DNA of 64,000 bases from a virus, in IMG/VR virus record IMGVR_UViG_3300036819_000331, positions 26,588-90,587 of that record. The stretch is one strand, 5' to 3'. The position numbers and the translations under genes are program-made. The notes under the pieces were generated by a model. The model did no database searches and was not told where the DNA came from. It was given only the letters and a program-made list of their open reading frames with translations. Of the stretch, positions 1 to 9,407 are shown piece by piece. Position 1 is the stretch's first letter. Each line of letters opens with the position of its first letter.

Positions 1-35
1 TCCTCCGCGCTGTAGTGTATGACCTTGCGCATCAT
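1..35 (-). CDS. 5' end of a phage gene running off the window (MMRKVIHYSAE...)
   Basis: ATG at 35 overlaps the stop of the upstream ORF (ATGA); truncated by the window edge. Confidence 0.5.
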   Translation of the reverse strand, partial: MMRKVIHYSAE

Positions 36-385
36 TTCTTCTCCCCCGTCGTCCCGACGACGGCCATGGGCGGCGCGGGTTTCTTCTTCGGGACAGCCTC
101 GATGCGGGGTTCGTTCCTGGGCTGGGCATCCGGGATAGGTTCCATGGCGGCCGATTTGTTTTCGATGAGCGGAAGCATCTTCTCGTAGTTGCCGCCGTAC
201 TCCGCTGTAAGCTTCGCGGCATTCAGCGCGACGGTGGCGTTGTCGATGATTTGCTCGCTGACTTTCACGATGGCATTGGTGCGGGCGGTCTCTCGCTCCA
301 TCTGCTCGTCGGTCAGATCCTCCTCGCCCAACCGCTCCAATTGAGCAAATAGGTGGTTGTTTAAATCAAGCAGCTTGTTTTTCAT
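32..385 (-). CDS. conserved phage hypothetical protein (MKNKLLDLNNHLFAQLERL family)
   Basis: Recognisable N-terminal motif of a common prophage family; start re-assigned to ATG 385. Confidence 0.75.
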   Translation of the reverse strand: MKNKLLDLNNHLFAQLERLGEEDLTDEQMERETARTNAIVKVSEQIIDNATVALNAAKLTAEYGGNYEKMLPLIENKSAAMEPIPDAQPRNEPRIEAVPKKKPAPPMAVVGTTGEKK

Positions 386-447
386 AAACACTCTCGTCGT
401 TGGTTGGCCCGTGGGCCGCCCCCGCGTGAGAGCGGCCCGGTTGATGA

Positions 448-2361
448 TTAAGCAGCTTTCTTCTTCGCCTTCGCGGGCTTCTTTTCCGGTGCCGTGAACG
501 CCATGCCGTCCGGTAGCCAAGTACGGAGCTTCTGCTCGGTCTCCTTGTTTCCGGAGAATTTCTTCGGGTCGGCGAATGCCCGATCCAGCTCCTTCACGAT
601 GTCCCCCTTCTTGGCGCTGGCCCATTTTTCAGCCCAGGCCTTCGAGAAGATGGTCTTTCCGATATCGAGCAACTGGTCCTTGGTAATGCGCCCGAGATAG
701 TTTTCAGCGGTGGGCCGCCAGAATTCCGTCACTTGTGCCTCCGTAGCCCCGAGGGCCGATTCGAGCGCGTTTTTCTGCGCCAGCTGCGATTGAAGCGTGC
801 CCGCCACGCAATAGGCGAGGATCGCGAGCTTCTGCGCCTGCGTCAGCTCGCGGAATTCCTCAAACTTCGCGGATTCGGTCTTTTCCTTGAGCCAATCCAG
901 CGCCAGCTGCTCGTGGCAATGGAGCAACATCTTCCCGGCGGCAGTATTCTTGGCGTCCGCCACCATGTCGGTCCTGAAGTGATTCCGCGAGAAACTGACG
1001 TCCGGCCCGGTATGGATGTGGCTGCTGGTGAACTTGTCGATGGCAGCCTTGAATGCCAACAGGTCGAAGGTGACTTCGGGATCTGAGGCAAGCACAGCCT
1101 GCACAATCTGTAGGCGGTGCTGCTTCAGGGAGTCGATGATGGACTGCGAGAAACCCTTTTCCTTCGGCTTGGCGCCCTTACCGGCGTCGTCTTCCAACTC
1201 ATCGCCATCGACGCCCGAAATATGCGCCGCGTCCTGCTTGCGCACCAACCCCAGCGTCACCGCGAAGTCGCCACCATGATCGATGGCGATGTACGCCCCG
1301 GCATGTTTTTTCTCTTCCGGGTCGAAAATGACGTATTTCTTTATCTCCTCGTCCGCCTCATTTACCTGCTCCTGAAGCTCGTCCCGCTTCGTGCAGGTGT
1401 CCTCGTAGGCTGGATCTTCGTCGTCGATGTCCATCCATTTCTCGTCAATGGCCTCGTATTCCGCGCTGAGTTTCGCATATTTTTCCGCCAGTTTCTTCGG
1501 GGCGTTGATCGGCTTTGGCTCGATGCGGCCCATCTTTCCGGTATATTGCCAGTCGCGCTCAAGTGCCGTCTCCGCCCATGCCCAGCCGTCGGCCTTGAGC
1601 TTTTCGGCTTCGGCGGCGAGCTTGTCCTGAGCCAGTTGCTGCAGCAACGCGCCGTCGTCGAAGAACTTCTCCTTACCGAAGAGGTCGGCGGTTACTGTCC
1701 CGCCAGCTTTCTGGTAGGCGGCGATTCCCACGAACTTGCCGAGCTTGCTTTCAGTGCCGGGCTTTTCCTGGGTGATGAGGCTGCGAATATGATGCGTATT
1801 CATATACCGGCCCTCCGCCTTGAAGATCTTGCGCTGCAGCTCATGGTCATCAGTGATGGTGAAGGCCTGGGCACAGTCGAGGGACATCTTGTCCTCGCGG
1901 TAGGCCTGAAACACCTCCGGTGCCAGCCGCGCCAGTTTCATGCGCTGCTGGACGCGCTTCTCGGTTACGCCGAACCGCTTGGCGATCGCCGCGGGCTTCA
2001 TCCCGGCATCCGCTAAGGCGGCGAAGGCCTCGAATTCGTCGGCGGGGTGCATGGCATCCCTCACGATGTTTGCGGCGAGGCTTAATTCCGATGCGTTCGC
2101 ATCGCCCGCCAGCTCGCAGGATATCTTGTGGTCCTTGGGCAGTTTCCCGTCTTTCTGCAATCCTTGCAGTGCCGTGAGGCGACGGCCGCCGTCCACTACG
2201 TCGTAACTGCCGTCTTCGGCCTTCGTCACGAGGGGCGGTTGCAGAAGCCCGTGGCTGAGGATGGATGCCTTCAGCTCCTCCAGGGAGCTTTTGTCGTGGG
2301 ACTTGCGGACGTTGTGGGGAGACACTTTCAGTTGGTCGAGGGAGATGTAAACAGCAGACAT
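448..2361 (-). CDS. ParB/RepB/Spo0J-family protein, long plasmid/ICE type
   Basis: ParB N-domain (NVRK..LKASILSHGLLQP..VVDGGRRLTAL), HTH (IAKRFGVTEKRVQQRMKLA), C-terminal FWRPTAENYLGR..WLP motif. Confidence 0.9.
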   Translation of the reverse strand: MSAVYISLDQLKVSPHNVRKSHDKSSLEELKASILSHGLLQPPLVTKAEDGSYDVVDGGRRLTALQGLQKDGKLPKDHKISCELAGDANASELSLAANIVRDAMHPADEFEAFAALADAGMKPAAIAKRFGVTEKRVQQRMKLARLAPEVFQAYREDKMSLDCAQAFTITDDHELQRKIFKAEGRYMNTHHIRSLITQEKPGTESKLGKFVGIAAYQKAGGTVTADLFGKEKFFDDGALLQQLAQDKLAAEAEKLKADGWAWAETALERDWQYTGKMGRIEPKPINAPKKLAEKYAKLSAEYEAIDEKWMDIDDEDPAYEDTCTKRDELQEQVNEADEEIKKYVIFDPEEKKHAGAYIAIDHGGDFAVTLGLVRKQDAAHISGVDGDELEDDAGKGAKPKEKGFSQSIIDSLKQHRLQIVQAVLASDPEVTFDLLAFKAAIDKFTSSHIHTGPDVSFSRNHFRTDMVADAKNTAAGKMLLHCHEQLALDWLKEKTESAKFEEFRELTQAQKLAILAYCVAGTLQSQLAQKNALESALGATEAQVTEFWRPTAENYLGRITKDQLLDIGKTIFSKAWAEKWASAKKGDIVKELDRAFADPKKFSGNKETEQKLRTWLPDGMAFTAPEKKPAKAKKKAA

Positions 2362-2415
2362 GGACGGCTCCTATTGTGAAGGTTTACGGGTGAAGGGGTT
2401 TTCTAGGTGTCAAAC

Positions 2416-2973
2416 TCACGACGCGCCTGCCAAGGCGAGAATTGCCGATACGGAATTATCGCGATGATCATCGAGCGAGTGCGGATAAGGGCTGTCGTCC
2501 TCATGTCGCCACCGGCAGTCAAAGGTGAGTTTCGGGAACATCTCGACCATCTTGTGCAGCAGGGGTATCGGGGCGTCCCAGGCAGTGTTGAAGGTGATTT
2601 CGGTATATCCATACTCAACCGACGCGTCGTCGATATCGACGCTGCAGGCATTCCACTTCGTGCCCCAATTCTGGATAGACCAGCTATACCAGTCGCGGTG
2701 GCCAATGGCCGCCAGTTCGGCTTCTTCCTCGGCCGTGAAAAGCCGAGTCTGTTCGGGCGAATCCTTTTCCCACTCCTTGACGACGTACCAGGATTTAACC
2801 GCCACGCCGTTGATGGTGGTGTGGCCGGAAGCGGTGTGTTTCAGGATCTCGGGCATCGGCGCGATGCGGTTGAAATCGAAGAGTTCGTCTTCCCACTTCA
2901 CGGCTTTCAAGAAAGCCCTAATGTCGGCCCGCTCGCCTTCGATGTAGATGCGGTTTGATGTCCAGTTCGGCAT
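2416..2973 (-). CDS. DUF1281/YubB-like ferredoxin-fold protein
   Basis: MPNW.SN start, WYSWSIQNWGTKWNA and F.TAW.P motifs; AAGGAG RBS upstream of ATG 2973. Confidence 0.8.
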   Translation of the reverse strand: MPNWTSNRIYIEGERADIRAFLKAVKWEDELFDFNRIAPMPEILKHTASGHTTINGVAVKSWYVVKEWEKDSPEQTRLFTAEEEAELAAIGHRDWYSWSIQNWGTKWNACSVDIDDASVEYGYTEITFNTAWDAPIPLLHKMVEMFPKLTFDCRWRHEDDSPYPHSLDDHRDNSVSAILALAGAS

Positions 2974-2995
2974 ATGCACGCTCCTTCAGTTAGAG

Positions 2996-3143
2996 GTTGT
3001 TGGCGAGTGACAAAGGGCAGGGCGGCGCGCTGCCGCAACATGAGTTCGCGGGGACCCGGCTGCAGGAGCGAAGCGACGAAGCTGGGCGGAACGAATTTGC
3101 GGCGAGGGTGCGGCGTCCCTGCCAGTCACGGAGAGCCAACAAC
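2996..3143. promoter_or_regulatory. 148-nt imperfect inverted repeat, candidate single-strand (Frpo/ssi-like) promoter
   Basis: Nested arms GTTGTTGGC/GCCAACAAC, GTGAC/GTCAC, GGCAGGG/CCCTGCC, GCCGCAA/TTGCGGC directly upstream of DUF1281-parB. Confidence 0.6.
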
Positions 3144-3174
3144 GGAAGGGGGTTACGGAAAATGCGTGACTCGG

Positions 3175-3453
3175 CTAAATGCCGGGCTCCTGCCCATACT
3201 CCCGCTCGTACCACTCCTCGAACTGGTCCGGCTTCTGTGCCTGATAACGACACACAGTCCAAAAGAGATATAGCCCCAAACCGGACAGGAATACCGAGCT
3301 TGGCCAGTTGCCTCCCCCGGAGACGAAGGATACGAAATCGAAGGACAAATCGATGACGGCCACAATCATGATGGCGAACCACAGGAATATGGCGACGTAA
3401 ACCAGAGAATGCGTAAATCTGCGCTTCATCATCTCGGCTCGGCTCGGGTACAT
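3175..3453 (-). CDS. small two-TM membrane protein
   Basis: Two hydrophobic segments; start uncertain. Confidence 0.5.
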   Translation of the reverse strand: MYPSRAEMMKRRFTHSLVYVAIFLWFAIMIVAVIDLSFDFVSFVSGGGNWPSSVFLSGLGLYLFWTVCRYQAQKPDQFEEWYEREYGQEPGI

Positions 3454-3523
3454 TTCCGATCATTCTACGTCCAGTCGCTGGGAGATTTCCATCCACCCCT
3501 GCCGATAGGTATGCTGGGATACA

Positions 3524-4036
3524 GTGAGCCTGCTGGAAATAATCGTGGCGATTGCGACGAGCGTTGCTGGAACGATCATTTACGCTACGGTCGGTGGCGG
3601 ATACCGGCGCTTGTTTGGCCAGCAAATCTACATTACTGAGCCGCAGGAAAACGGGTTTCTCGCCCCTGCCGAGTCCCGTCGGGGCACGTCTGCTCATGCG
3701 GTTTCCGGAACCCTGAAACATCTCCCCAAGGGCCACGCCGTATGGCTTATCGTCATCGACGAGAAAAAGGGAAAGCATTGGCCACAGGGGTTCGAGCGCG
3801 TGGAATATCACGAGGCGACAGGAACATGGAGTGGGTACATAACGGCGGACGGGTGGCACCAGGTGACCGTCACGGCGGTCGTGGCTCCTCCGACCACGCA
3901 GGAGTATTTCAACTATTTTCAGCGCGTCGGGGGAATGACCAAGCACGAGCCGCTGCTGAGCATTCCGTCCGAATGCAAACGACGGCATAGCATTCATGTC
4001 AAGGTTCCTCCGACTCAGCCGAAGCAGGGTTCCTAG
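3524..4036 (+). CDS. membrane-anchored hypothetical protein (moron)
   Basis: N-terminal hydrophobic helix then beta-rich domain; opposite strand to the phage operon. Confidence 0.6.
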   Translation: MSLLEIIVAIATSVAGTIIYATVGGGYRRLFGQQIYITEPQENGFLAPAESRRGTSAHAVSGTLKHLPKGHAVWLIVIDEKKGKHWPQGFERVEYHEATGTWSGYITADGWHQVTVTAVVAPPTTQEYFNYFQRVGGMTKHEPLLSIPSECKRRHSIHVKVPPTQPKQGS

Positions 4037-4038
4037 CG

Positions 4039-4221
4039 TCATATAAGACCCCGTTCCTGCGCCAGCCATTCCGGCATCTGCATCACCTTCTCGCTCGCGC
4101 ACCACTCCGCCTGCGACTTGGGAAGCCATGTGCTCTTGCTGCCATCGAAGAATTGGTATGCCTTCTCCGTTTCGTGGCGAAGTTCCCCGGCGATTTCGAT
4201 GATGTCGTGATTCTTTTTCAT
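4039..4221 (-). CDS. conserved small phage protein
   Basis: ETEKA...WLPKSQ...MPEWLAQERGL family motif. Confidence 0.75.
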   Translation of the reverse strand: MKKNHDIIEIAGELRHETEKAYQFFDGSKSTWLPKSQAEWCASEKVMQMPEWLAQERGLI

Positions 4222-4274
4222 AGGTGAGCCTCAGATAGCGTAGTCGTGAAGTGCCCTGATAACCTTGAAGCCAT

Positions 4275-4805
4275 ATGGCAAGAATGAAGGTGACGGCCGT
4301 TACCGATGCGCACGCATGCGCGTTTCTCGGATTCGCAAAGCAATATCAAAAGGCCGGTAACCTTTTGTTTGATCGGCACGACCAAATGCTGGGCAATCCG
4401 GCATACTTCCTGTATGCGCATACGATTGAGCTCGCCTTGAAGGCTTTTCTCCGAGCCGCGGGCCTTCCCATTGTCACGGATAAGAAGAGGAAGAGTCATC
4501 ATATAACGGGGTTGTATGAAGAATGCCATGCTCTCGGACTTAGAATTGGCCCCCAAGACCGTTTCGATATTCGCAACGTTATCGTATTGCTCGAAGGCGC
4601 AAATCAAGATCAGGGCCTTCGATACGCGCGGGGGAAAAGCGCCAGTTTTCCTGATCTGTCGTGGACTCGGGAGGCAGTCGAGAGTCTGCTGGGTGCGGTT
4701 GAGCCGAGCGTGAAGAAGAAGATGGAAAGTGATGGCATTGTCCCAGCCACCCCGGCGAGGTTCGATTTCGTCTTCAGTACGCCGACGAGGAAGACCAAAG
4801 CTTAA
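4275..4805 (+). CDS. HEPN-like domain protein (moron)
   Basis: AYFLYAHTIELALKAFL...HHITGLYEEC...LRY pattern of the HEPN superfamily. Confidence 0.6.
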   Translation: MARMKVTAVTDAHACAFLGFAKQYQKAGNLLFDRHDQMLGNPAYFLYAHTIELALKAFLRAAGLPIVTDKKRKSHHITGLYEECHALGLRIGPQDRFDIRNVIVLLEGANQDQGLRYARGKSASFPDLSWTREAVESLLGAVEPSVKKKMESDGIVPATPARFDFVFSTPTRKTKA

Positions 4806-4825
4806 GTGCGATGTCGCGAGGTTGC

Positions 4826-5020
4826 TCATGCCGTCAACTCCTTTCGCATTTGGCCCATGACTGTAGGGTGGCATGCAATATACGGTCTGCGCGTTAGCGG
4901 GTCAGTGATCATCAGCATCTCCCTCCATACCGGTCGGGCGCAGTCTCGCACTCTTTTCATAAGCTTCTTGATAAGCCGCTTTGAGCGATTGCGAGAAAGG
5001 GGAGGAAGCTCGATGGCCAT
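4826..5020 (-). CDS. small basic phage protein
   Basis: In operon; true start uncertain. Confidence 0.45.
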   Translation of the reverse strand: MAIELPPLSRNRSKRLIKKLMKRVRDCARPVWREMLMITDPLTRRPYIACHPTVMGQMRKELTA

Positions 5021-5120
5021 ATAGTTCGGCTCCAAGTAAGGACTCGGATAAACCGGGATTCCGTTCGCTGGAGCGCGCCGGGAGTGATTCCGGGGCCGAA
5101 GGGCAGAGGATCGAGGAAGT

Positions 5121-5501
5121 TCATTCAGCAAGCCCTTTCCATTTGCGCCAGCGGTCAAGGAAATAAGCCTTCGCGCTCGCGGTGGGTATCTTCTCAAGGC
5201 AGGCTGTCGAGCGCAATTCGCGAAAAGCCTGAGTGATGTCATCCCAGAGTTGGCCGAACGGCGGCCATTGGCCGTCACAGGAGAGCCCGCGACGAATGTT
5301 ATTGCAATCTAGGCATGTGTGGTACGAGTCCATCTCGCCTTCCCATTTTCCGGAGAAATAATGGTATTGCTGTCCTGGCAAAATGGGCCGGTGGCACTCA
5401 TAGCATTTATGCTGCTTCCGTGCGCGGCGGATGGCCTCCGACTGAAATTCGTAGGCTCCGTCATAGTCCCCGCCACCTATGCAGACTCCGCACCCGGTCA
5501 T
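5121..5501 (-). CDS. conserved phage Zn-binding protein
   Basis: ARKQHKCYEC..I.PG..Y...G.WEG....TCLDC; ATGA coupling. Confidence 0.75.
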   Translation of the reverse strand: MTGCGVCIGGGDYDGAYEFQSEAIRRARKQHKCYECHRPILPGQQYHYFSGKWEGEMDSYHTCLDCNNIRRGLSCDGQWPPFGQLWDDITQAFRELRSTACLEKIPTASAKAYFLDRWRKWKGLAE

Positions 5502-6172
5502 GCCGCTTCCCCACGCAACGCCTTCACCAGATACGGGTCCAACTCCGGCTGCCCCAACAGCCACCGCTTGTAATCGGCGGGAATATCCTTGATGGTCGCG
5601 CCCTTGTGCTTGCCGAACGTCATCACCGTGGGAATGCGCGCCAGCTCGCTCCGCATCCATATGCGCTCCCAGGTGAGCGGCCCGGCGGAATCCACCATCC
5701 GAGGAATCAGGTGGGACAGGATGATGTGGCAGTTGTAAACGTCCACATCGGCAGAATGCGCCCCTTTAAGCAATTCGCGGGCTTGCTGGCGGGCGACATG
5801 ATAGAGAACCGCCGATTGCGAATAGCTGTCAAGCCCCGGAAAGAAATGCCGAGAGAGCGCCAGCACGCATATGCGCCGGATCTCCGGCTGGCCGATTACC
5901 TTCCAGTCGTAATCGACGTTGTAGCCGACCAGATACTCTGTGCCCGGCGGTAACGCGAACTCGGTGTATGGCGGGCAGTCCGACAAGTCCTCGTCCATGA
6001 TGTGATGGGTAGCCAGCGCCCCGAGGGATATCGGCTTACCAGGGTTATAGCGCTGGAGGAACGAGCCCTCCGGCCTCAGGGTATTCGGATCAGGGACCTT
6101 GATCCATGCGGCCTCGATGAGTCTCGGTTCGACTAATGAAGTTGCCTCCGTATCGAATAAAACTGCGGTCAT
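5498..6172 (-). CDS. exoX: exodeoxyribonuclease X-like DEDDh 3'-5' exonuclease with DUF3820 tail
   Basis: FDTEATS, YNVDYD, AHSADVD, MTFGKHKG..IP.DY..WLL motifs. Confidence 0.85.
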   Translation of the reverse strand: MTAVLFDTEATSLVEPRLIEAAWIKVPDPNTLRPEGSFLQRYNPGKPISLGALATHHIMDEDLSDCPPYTEFALPPGTEYLVGYNVDYDWKVIGQPEIRRICVLALSRHFFPGLDSYSQSAVLYHVARQQARELLKGAHSADVDVYNCHIILSHLIPRMVDSAGPLTWERIWMRSELARIPTVMTFGKHKGATIKDIPADYKRWLLGQPELDPYLVKALRGEAA

Positions 6173-6216
6173 GTGCTGCTCTGCTGCTGGGGGTTTAAAT
6201 TAGGGGGTTGGCGGGA

Positions 6217-6630
6217 TTACTGTGAAGGAGTATCCTCCAGTTTGGTCATCGGAGGCAATGGGGCTGGATACCACTTAACCGGCTTGAGAATGGCCGGTAT
6301 CATCTTCCGGTAGTTCAAAATCATGTGCGCCGGTATGCCGCTGGCATCGTTGTTTCTATTGTCGAGGTCGGGCTCTACCCAGAAAATCGCGTAATCAGGT
6401 GCGTTTTCCATGCCCTGCCATTCCACCGTCTTTTCGCCAGCTTCCAACGCCACCTCAAGCATTAAAGCAATGCGACCACCGACCATCTCCAGCACCGGAT
6501 GGAGGGCGATGATCGCCATTTCCGCAGCTGGTAGAAAGTAGCGCGCCTTTTTCTTCCTCGCAAAGCCAGCATCATTTAAATCCTTGATGGCGTCCATCAC
6601 ATTACGACGCTTGTCAGAACTCTCCGTCAT
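6217..6630 (-). CDS. hypothetical protein
   Basis: ATGA-coupled in operon. Confidence 0.55.
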   Translation of the reverse strand: MTESSDKRRNVMDAIKDLNDAGFARKKKARYFLPAAEMAIIALHPVLEMVGGRIALMLEVALEAGEKTVEWQGMENAPDYAIFWVEPDLDNRNNDASGIPAHMILNYRKMIPAILKPVKWYPAPLPPMTKLEDTPSQ

Positions 6631-6902
6631 GCCGCCGTCTCCGGCTTCAGATCCTTCTTGTGAACCAGCATGTCCAGCCGTAGACGTTCCGGGTTCTTGA
6701 AGTCTGCCGGAATATGGCATGGCAACCGGGTTGTTACCCCGTCCCTATTGACGCAACGCTTGTGGAGAGCGAACAGAAACACCTCCTTGCCGGGACTTTT
6801 CTCGGCGAGTTGCTTCATATTCCACAATGCCGCATCAAACGTCGCGTGAATAACATCGGGCGTGCCGCCGCCTTCCACGAAAATCATGTAACCCTTGGCC
6901 AT
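6627..6902 (-). CDS. hypothetical phage protein
   Basis: AAGGAG RBS, in operon. Confidence 0.65.
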   Translation of the reverse strand: MAKGYMIFVEGGGTPDVIHATFDAALWNMKQLAEKSPGKEVFLFALHKRCVNRDGVTTRLPCHIPADFKNPERLRLDMLVHKKDLKPETAA

Positions 6903-6936
6903 AAATACTCCTTCGATGGTGGTTGATGGATTTCGA

Positions 6937-8016
6937 TTAAGCTGCCGCCCCGTCTTTCGAACCGCTAAAGAGCTTCTTGCCGGACGGCTTCTGCTCTTCA
7001 GGTGCCGGAAGTGAAATCCCCAGCGCCTCGATCTTCGTCACCTCCAGTGCCATTCCTTTCTCCCTCATGGCCTCGACCACCATGACCCCGGAAGAACCGA
7101 GGAACACGGCGGGGCGCTCCTCCGCCGGATACGCAGTGAGGACGGCGATCAGTTCCGCGGCTGCGGCCTTCACGCCAGCAGCGGTGGTGATGGTGTGTTT
7201 GGAGATATCGAAGGTGGGGAGCGGGGCGGGTTTCGGGTCGGTGGGCTTCACCTCGGGTGGGGAGGTGTCGCCGGCGGCCTGGTCGATGACCTCGCCGGTT
7301 TCGGCATCGAAGGTTTCATTGGGCGCCGCTTTCGGCTGCGGCTTCGACGCCCTGATCTGGTTGTTGATGTCGTCCAGCGCCGAGGCGGCCGAGGAATTCG
7401 TTACGTCCACGGCATTGTCGGGTCCAATGCCGAAAGAGCGGTCCTCCATTTCCTCCTTCGTATAAACGCCCATCAGTATGTCCGGGCAGTAGAGCCGGGC
7501 CCATGCGCGCGTGGCGAAATACCCGAGCTGCTGCTTCGGCTGCTGCTTCCACAGCGGGGAATTGCGAGTGATGATAGGTTTTAACTCAGCTTCGAACACC
7601 GCAGGCTCGTCCTCGCCCACGAAGGTTGCGCTCACCTTGCATTTGAGGTTTTCGCCCTCGCCGCTCCATTCCAGCTTCGGCCGGGCCTTGAGCGGCGCGC
7701 GCGAAAGGATGATGGCGTTCACCAGTTGCGCCTCATAAGCCATCCCGTCATTGACGAAATAGGTCTTCTGCGCCACTGAGAACGGATCCATCTCCCAGCG
7801 CATCGACTGCAGTAGGACCGCGAGGCAATCGGCCTGCTTCTGGCGGAGGTGCTTCGGGACGAAATTGGACAGCGCCATGAAGTGCGAGAACTTCTCGAGT
7901 TCCGCGAAATTGTTGAACGCTAGCTTCATCCCGCCAACATGCTCCACGGCGGCGAGCTGGACCTGCTGGAATTCCTTCTTGGGCATGGTTTCGTCGGTAA
8001 CGGTGGGCGTATTCAT
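6937..8016 (-). CDS. recT: RecT-family single-strand annealing protein
   Basis: VPKHLR..ADCLAV..W.MDPFSVAQKT..YEAQL..RNSPLWK.QPKQQL.Y..RAWARLYCPD; adjacent to RecE-like gene. Confidence 0.85.
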   Translation of the reverse strand: MNTPTVTDETMPKKEFQQVQLAAVEHVGGMKLAFNNFAELEKFSHFMALSNFVPKHLRQKQADCLAVLLQSMRWEMDPFSVAQKTYFVNDGMAYEAQLVNAIILSRAPLKARPKLEWSGEGENLKCKVSATFVGEDEPAVFEAELKPIITRNSPLWKQQPKQQLGYFATRAWARLYCPDILMGVYTKEEMEDRSFGIGPDNAVDVTNSSAASALDDINNQIRASKPQPKAAPNETFDAETGEVIDQAAGDTSPPEVKPTDPKPAPLPTFDISKHTITTAAGVKAAAAELIAVLTAYPAEERPAVFLGSSGVMVVEAMREKGMALEVTKIEALGISLPAPEEQKPSGKKLFSGSKDGAAA

Positions 8017-8038
8017 GGCATTTCTCCTTTGTTGTTGG

Positions 8039-8890
8039 TTAAGAGGCGTTTAGCTGGCGCTGCGCCCAGACGGGCAGATTCAGCGGGACGAGCGAAATAT
8101 CCGGATAGCCGGGATATTCGTTGCTCTTCCTGCATTCGGCGTAGGTGGTAAGGTTCTTCAGGTATTCGATGCGACCCAGCTTGAGGAAGTCCGGCTGGGA
8201 GACATACACGCAGGCGCAGTACGGCGGTTCCTTCTCGACGGCGACGAAAGCGAAGCCCACGGGCTCGCGTCCGAACACCTGCCGATACGCCTCCATGTAG
8301 AAGGCGGCCTGCACGTGATACCGGTGGTCGATGGCGAGCTTCTCGAAGATCTCGGGCTTGGCGCAGCGGGTCGATTTTAGATCCACAATCAGGCCGTCCT
8401 CGCGCAGCCAATCGAAGCGCGCGCGGCAGTCCATGCCGGTTTCGACATCGTTCCAAAGCGCCGTGACTTCTGCCCGTCCCTTATCCCGCTGCAGGATGAA
8501 CCGCGCGGCCGCGTGGTCCTCGACGGATTTGGCCATCGCATTCGCCATTTCCATCTGATCTGCGCTGAGTATGGCCTTTCCGCGGTGGATGATGCGGAAC
8601 TCCTCTTTCTGATCCTCGATCGAGCGACCACACTCCTTTTTGGTCGGCCAGGAGTCGGGCAGTTTGACGATCTCCGTCTCGACCTTTTCCGGCTCCAGAA
8701 TCATCGTATGAAACGCGCTGCCGAACACGAGCGCAGGCGTTTCATCGGTCGGATTCTCCATGAACCATTTGAAATGTGCCGGGCTTTGGGCAATTCTGTC
8801 CAAGCCGCTCTTGCTGACAAACTGCTGTTTCATCTCCGTGGAGTGATACAGCTCGTTGGGCATGTCGTAGATAAGACGGGGGAGAATCAT
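8039..8890 (-). CDS. recE: RecE/exonuclease VIII-like PD-(D/E)XK nuclease (DUF3799-like)
   Basis: SKSGLD..SPAHF, FGSAFH..LEP, CRARFDW..IVDLKST, YHVQAAFY. Confidence 0.85.
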   Translation of the reverse strand: MILPRLIYDMPNELYHSTEMKQQFVSKSGLDRIAQSPAHFKWFMENPTDETPALVFGSAFHTMILEPEKVETEIVKLPDSWPTKKECGRSIEDQKEEFRIIHRGKAILSADQMEMANAMAKSVEDHAAARFILQRDKGRAEVTALWNDVETGMDCRARFDWLREDGLIVDLKSTRCAKPEIFEKLAIDHRYHVQAAFYMEAYRQVFGREPVGFAFVAVEKEPPYCACVYVSQPDFLKLGRIEYLKNLTTYAECRKSNEYPGYPDISLVPLNLPVWAQRQLNAS

Positions 8891-9096
8891 AGCAGGGGTT
8901 CCTGAGGGATGAGGGTGTTGTTTCCGCCTTCGTAGATTACTTTAAACATGGCCACGCGAATTACATTGGAACGGCCAGCGAGATCCCCCATGCGCGCGCG
9001 TGCGGCATCCAGAGTAAGAAGCGGGCCTTCCATGACAAGCGGCCCTTCTTCCTTCCACTCGGCCATGACGCCGTATTTTTTGGGTTCGTCGTTCAT
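8887..9096 (-). CDS. hypothetical protein
   Basis: ATGA coupling on both sides. Confidence 0.6.
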   Translation of the reverse strand: MNDEPKKYGVMAEWKEEGPLVMEGPLLTLDAARARMGDLAGRSNVIRVAMFKVIYEGGNNTLIPQEPLL

Positions 9097-9407
9097 GGCG
9101 CTCTCCGACCAAAGATCCCGGTCAAATGCACAAGCCCCAGCCTCATCCGCAGGGCAAACCGCCTGCGCGCTAGCTTCGCGTCTATCGCGTCGAGCCGTTC
9201 CATCAGATCCGCATCCGCGATGTCATCCCCGAGGATTTCGAGCTGCATCACCGCGCGTTCGAGCGATTGCAGAGCAATGGTCTTGCGCTGCTCCACCGTC
9301 ACGTCATGACGCAGTGACACGACGCGCTCATGCCTGATCCGCTCGGCGCGCACCTCAGCGGCGCACTCGTCGAAGCCGGTCCAGAAATCGCTTAGCAAGT
9401 CCTTCAT
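9093..9407 (-). CDS. hypothetical protein
   Basis: ATGA coupling on both sides. Confidence 0.6.
   Translation of the reverse strand: MKDLLSDFWTGFDECAAEVRAERIRHERVVSLRHDVTVEQRKTIALQSLERAVMQLEILGDDIADADLMERLDAIDAKLARRRFALRMRLGLVHLTGIFGRRAP

Noticed and set aside
4826-5124. Frameshifted gene starting at ATG 5124
   Set aside because: The ATGA-coupled start is out of frame with the 4826 ORF, but without homologues a pseudogene cannot be told from two small ORFs
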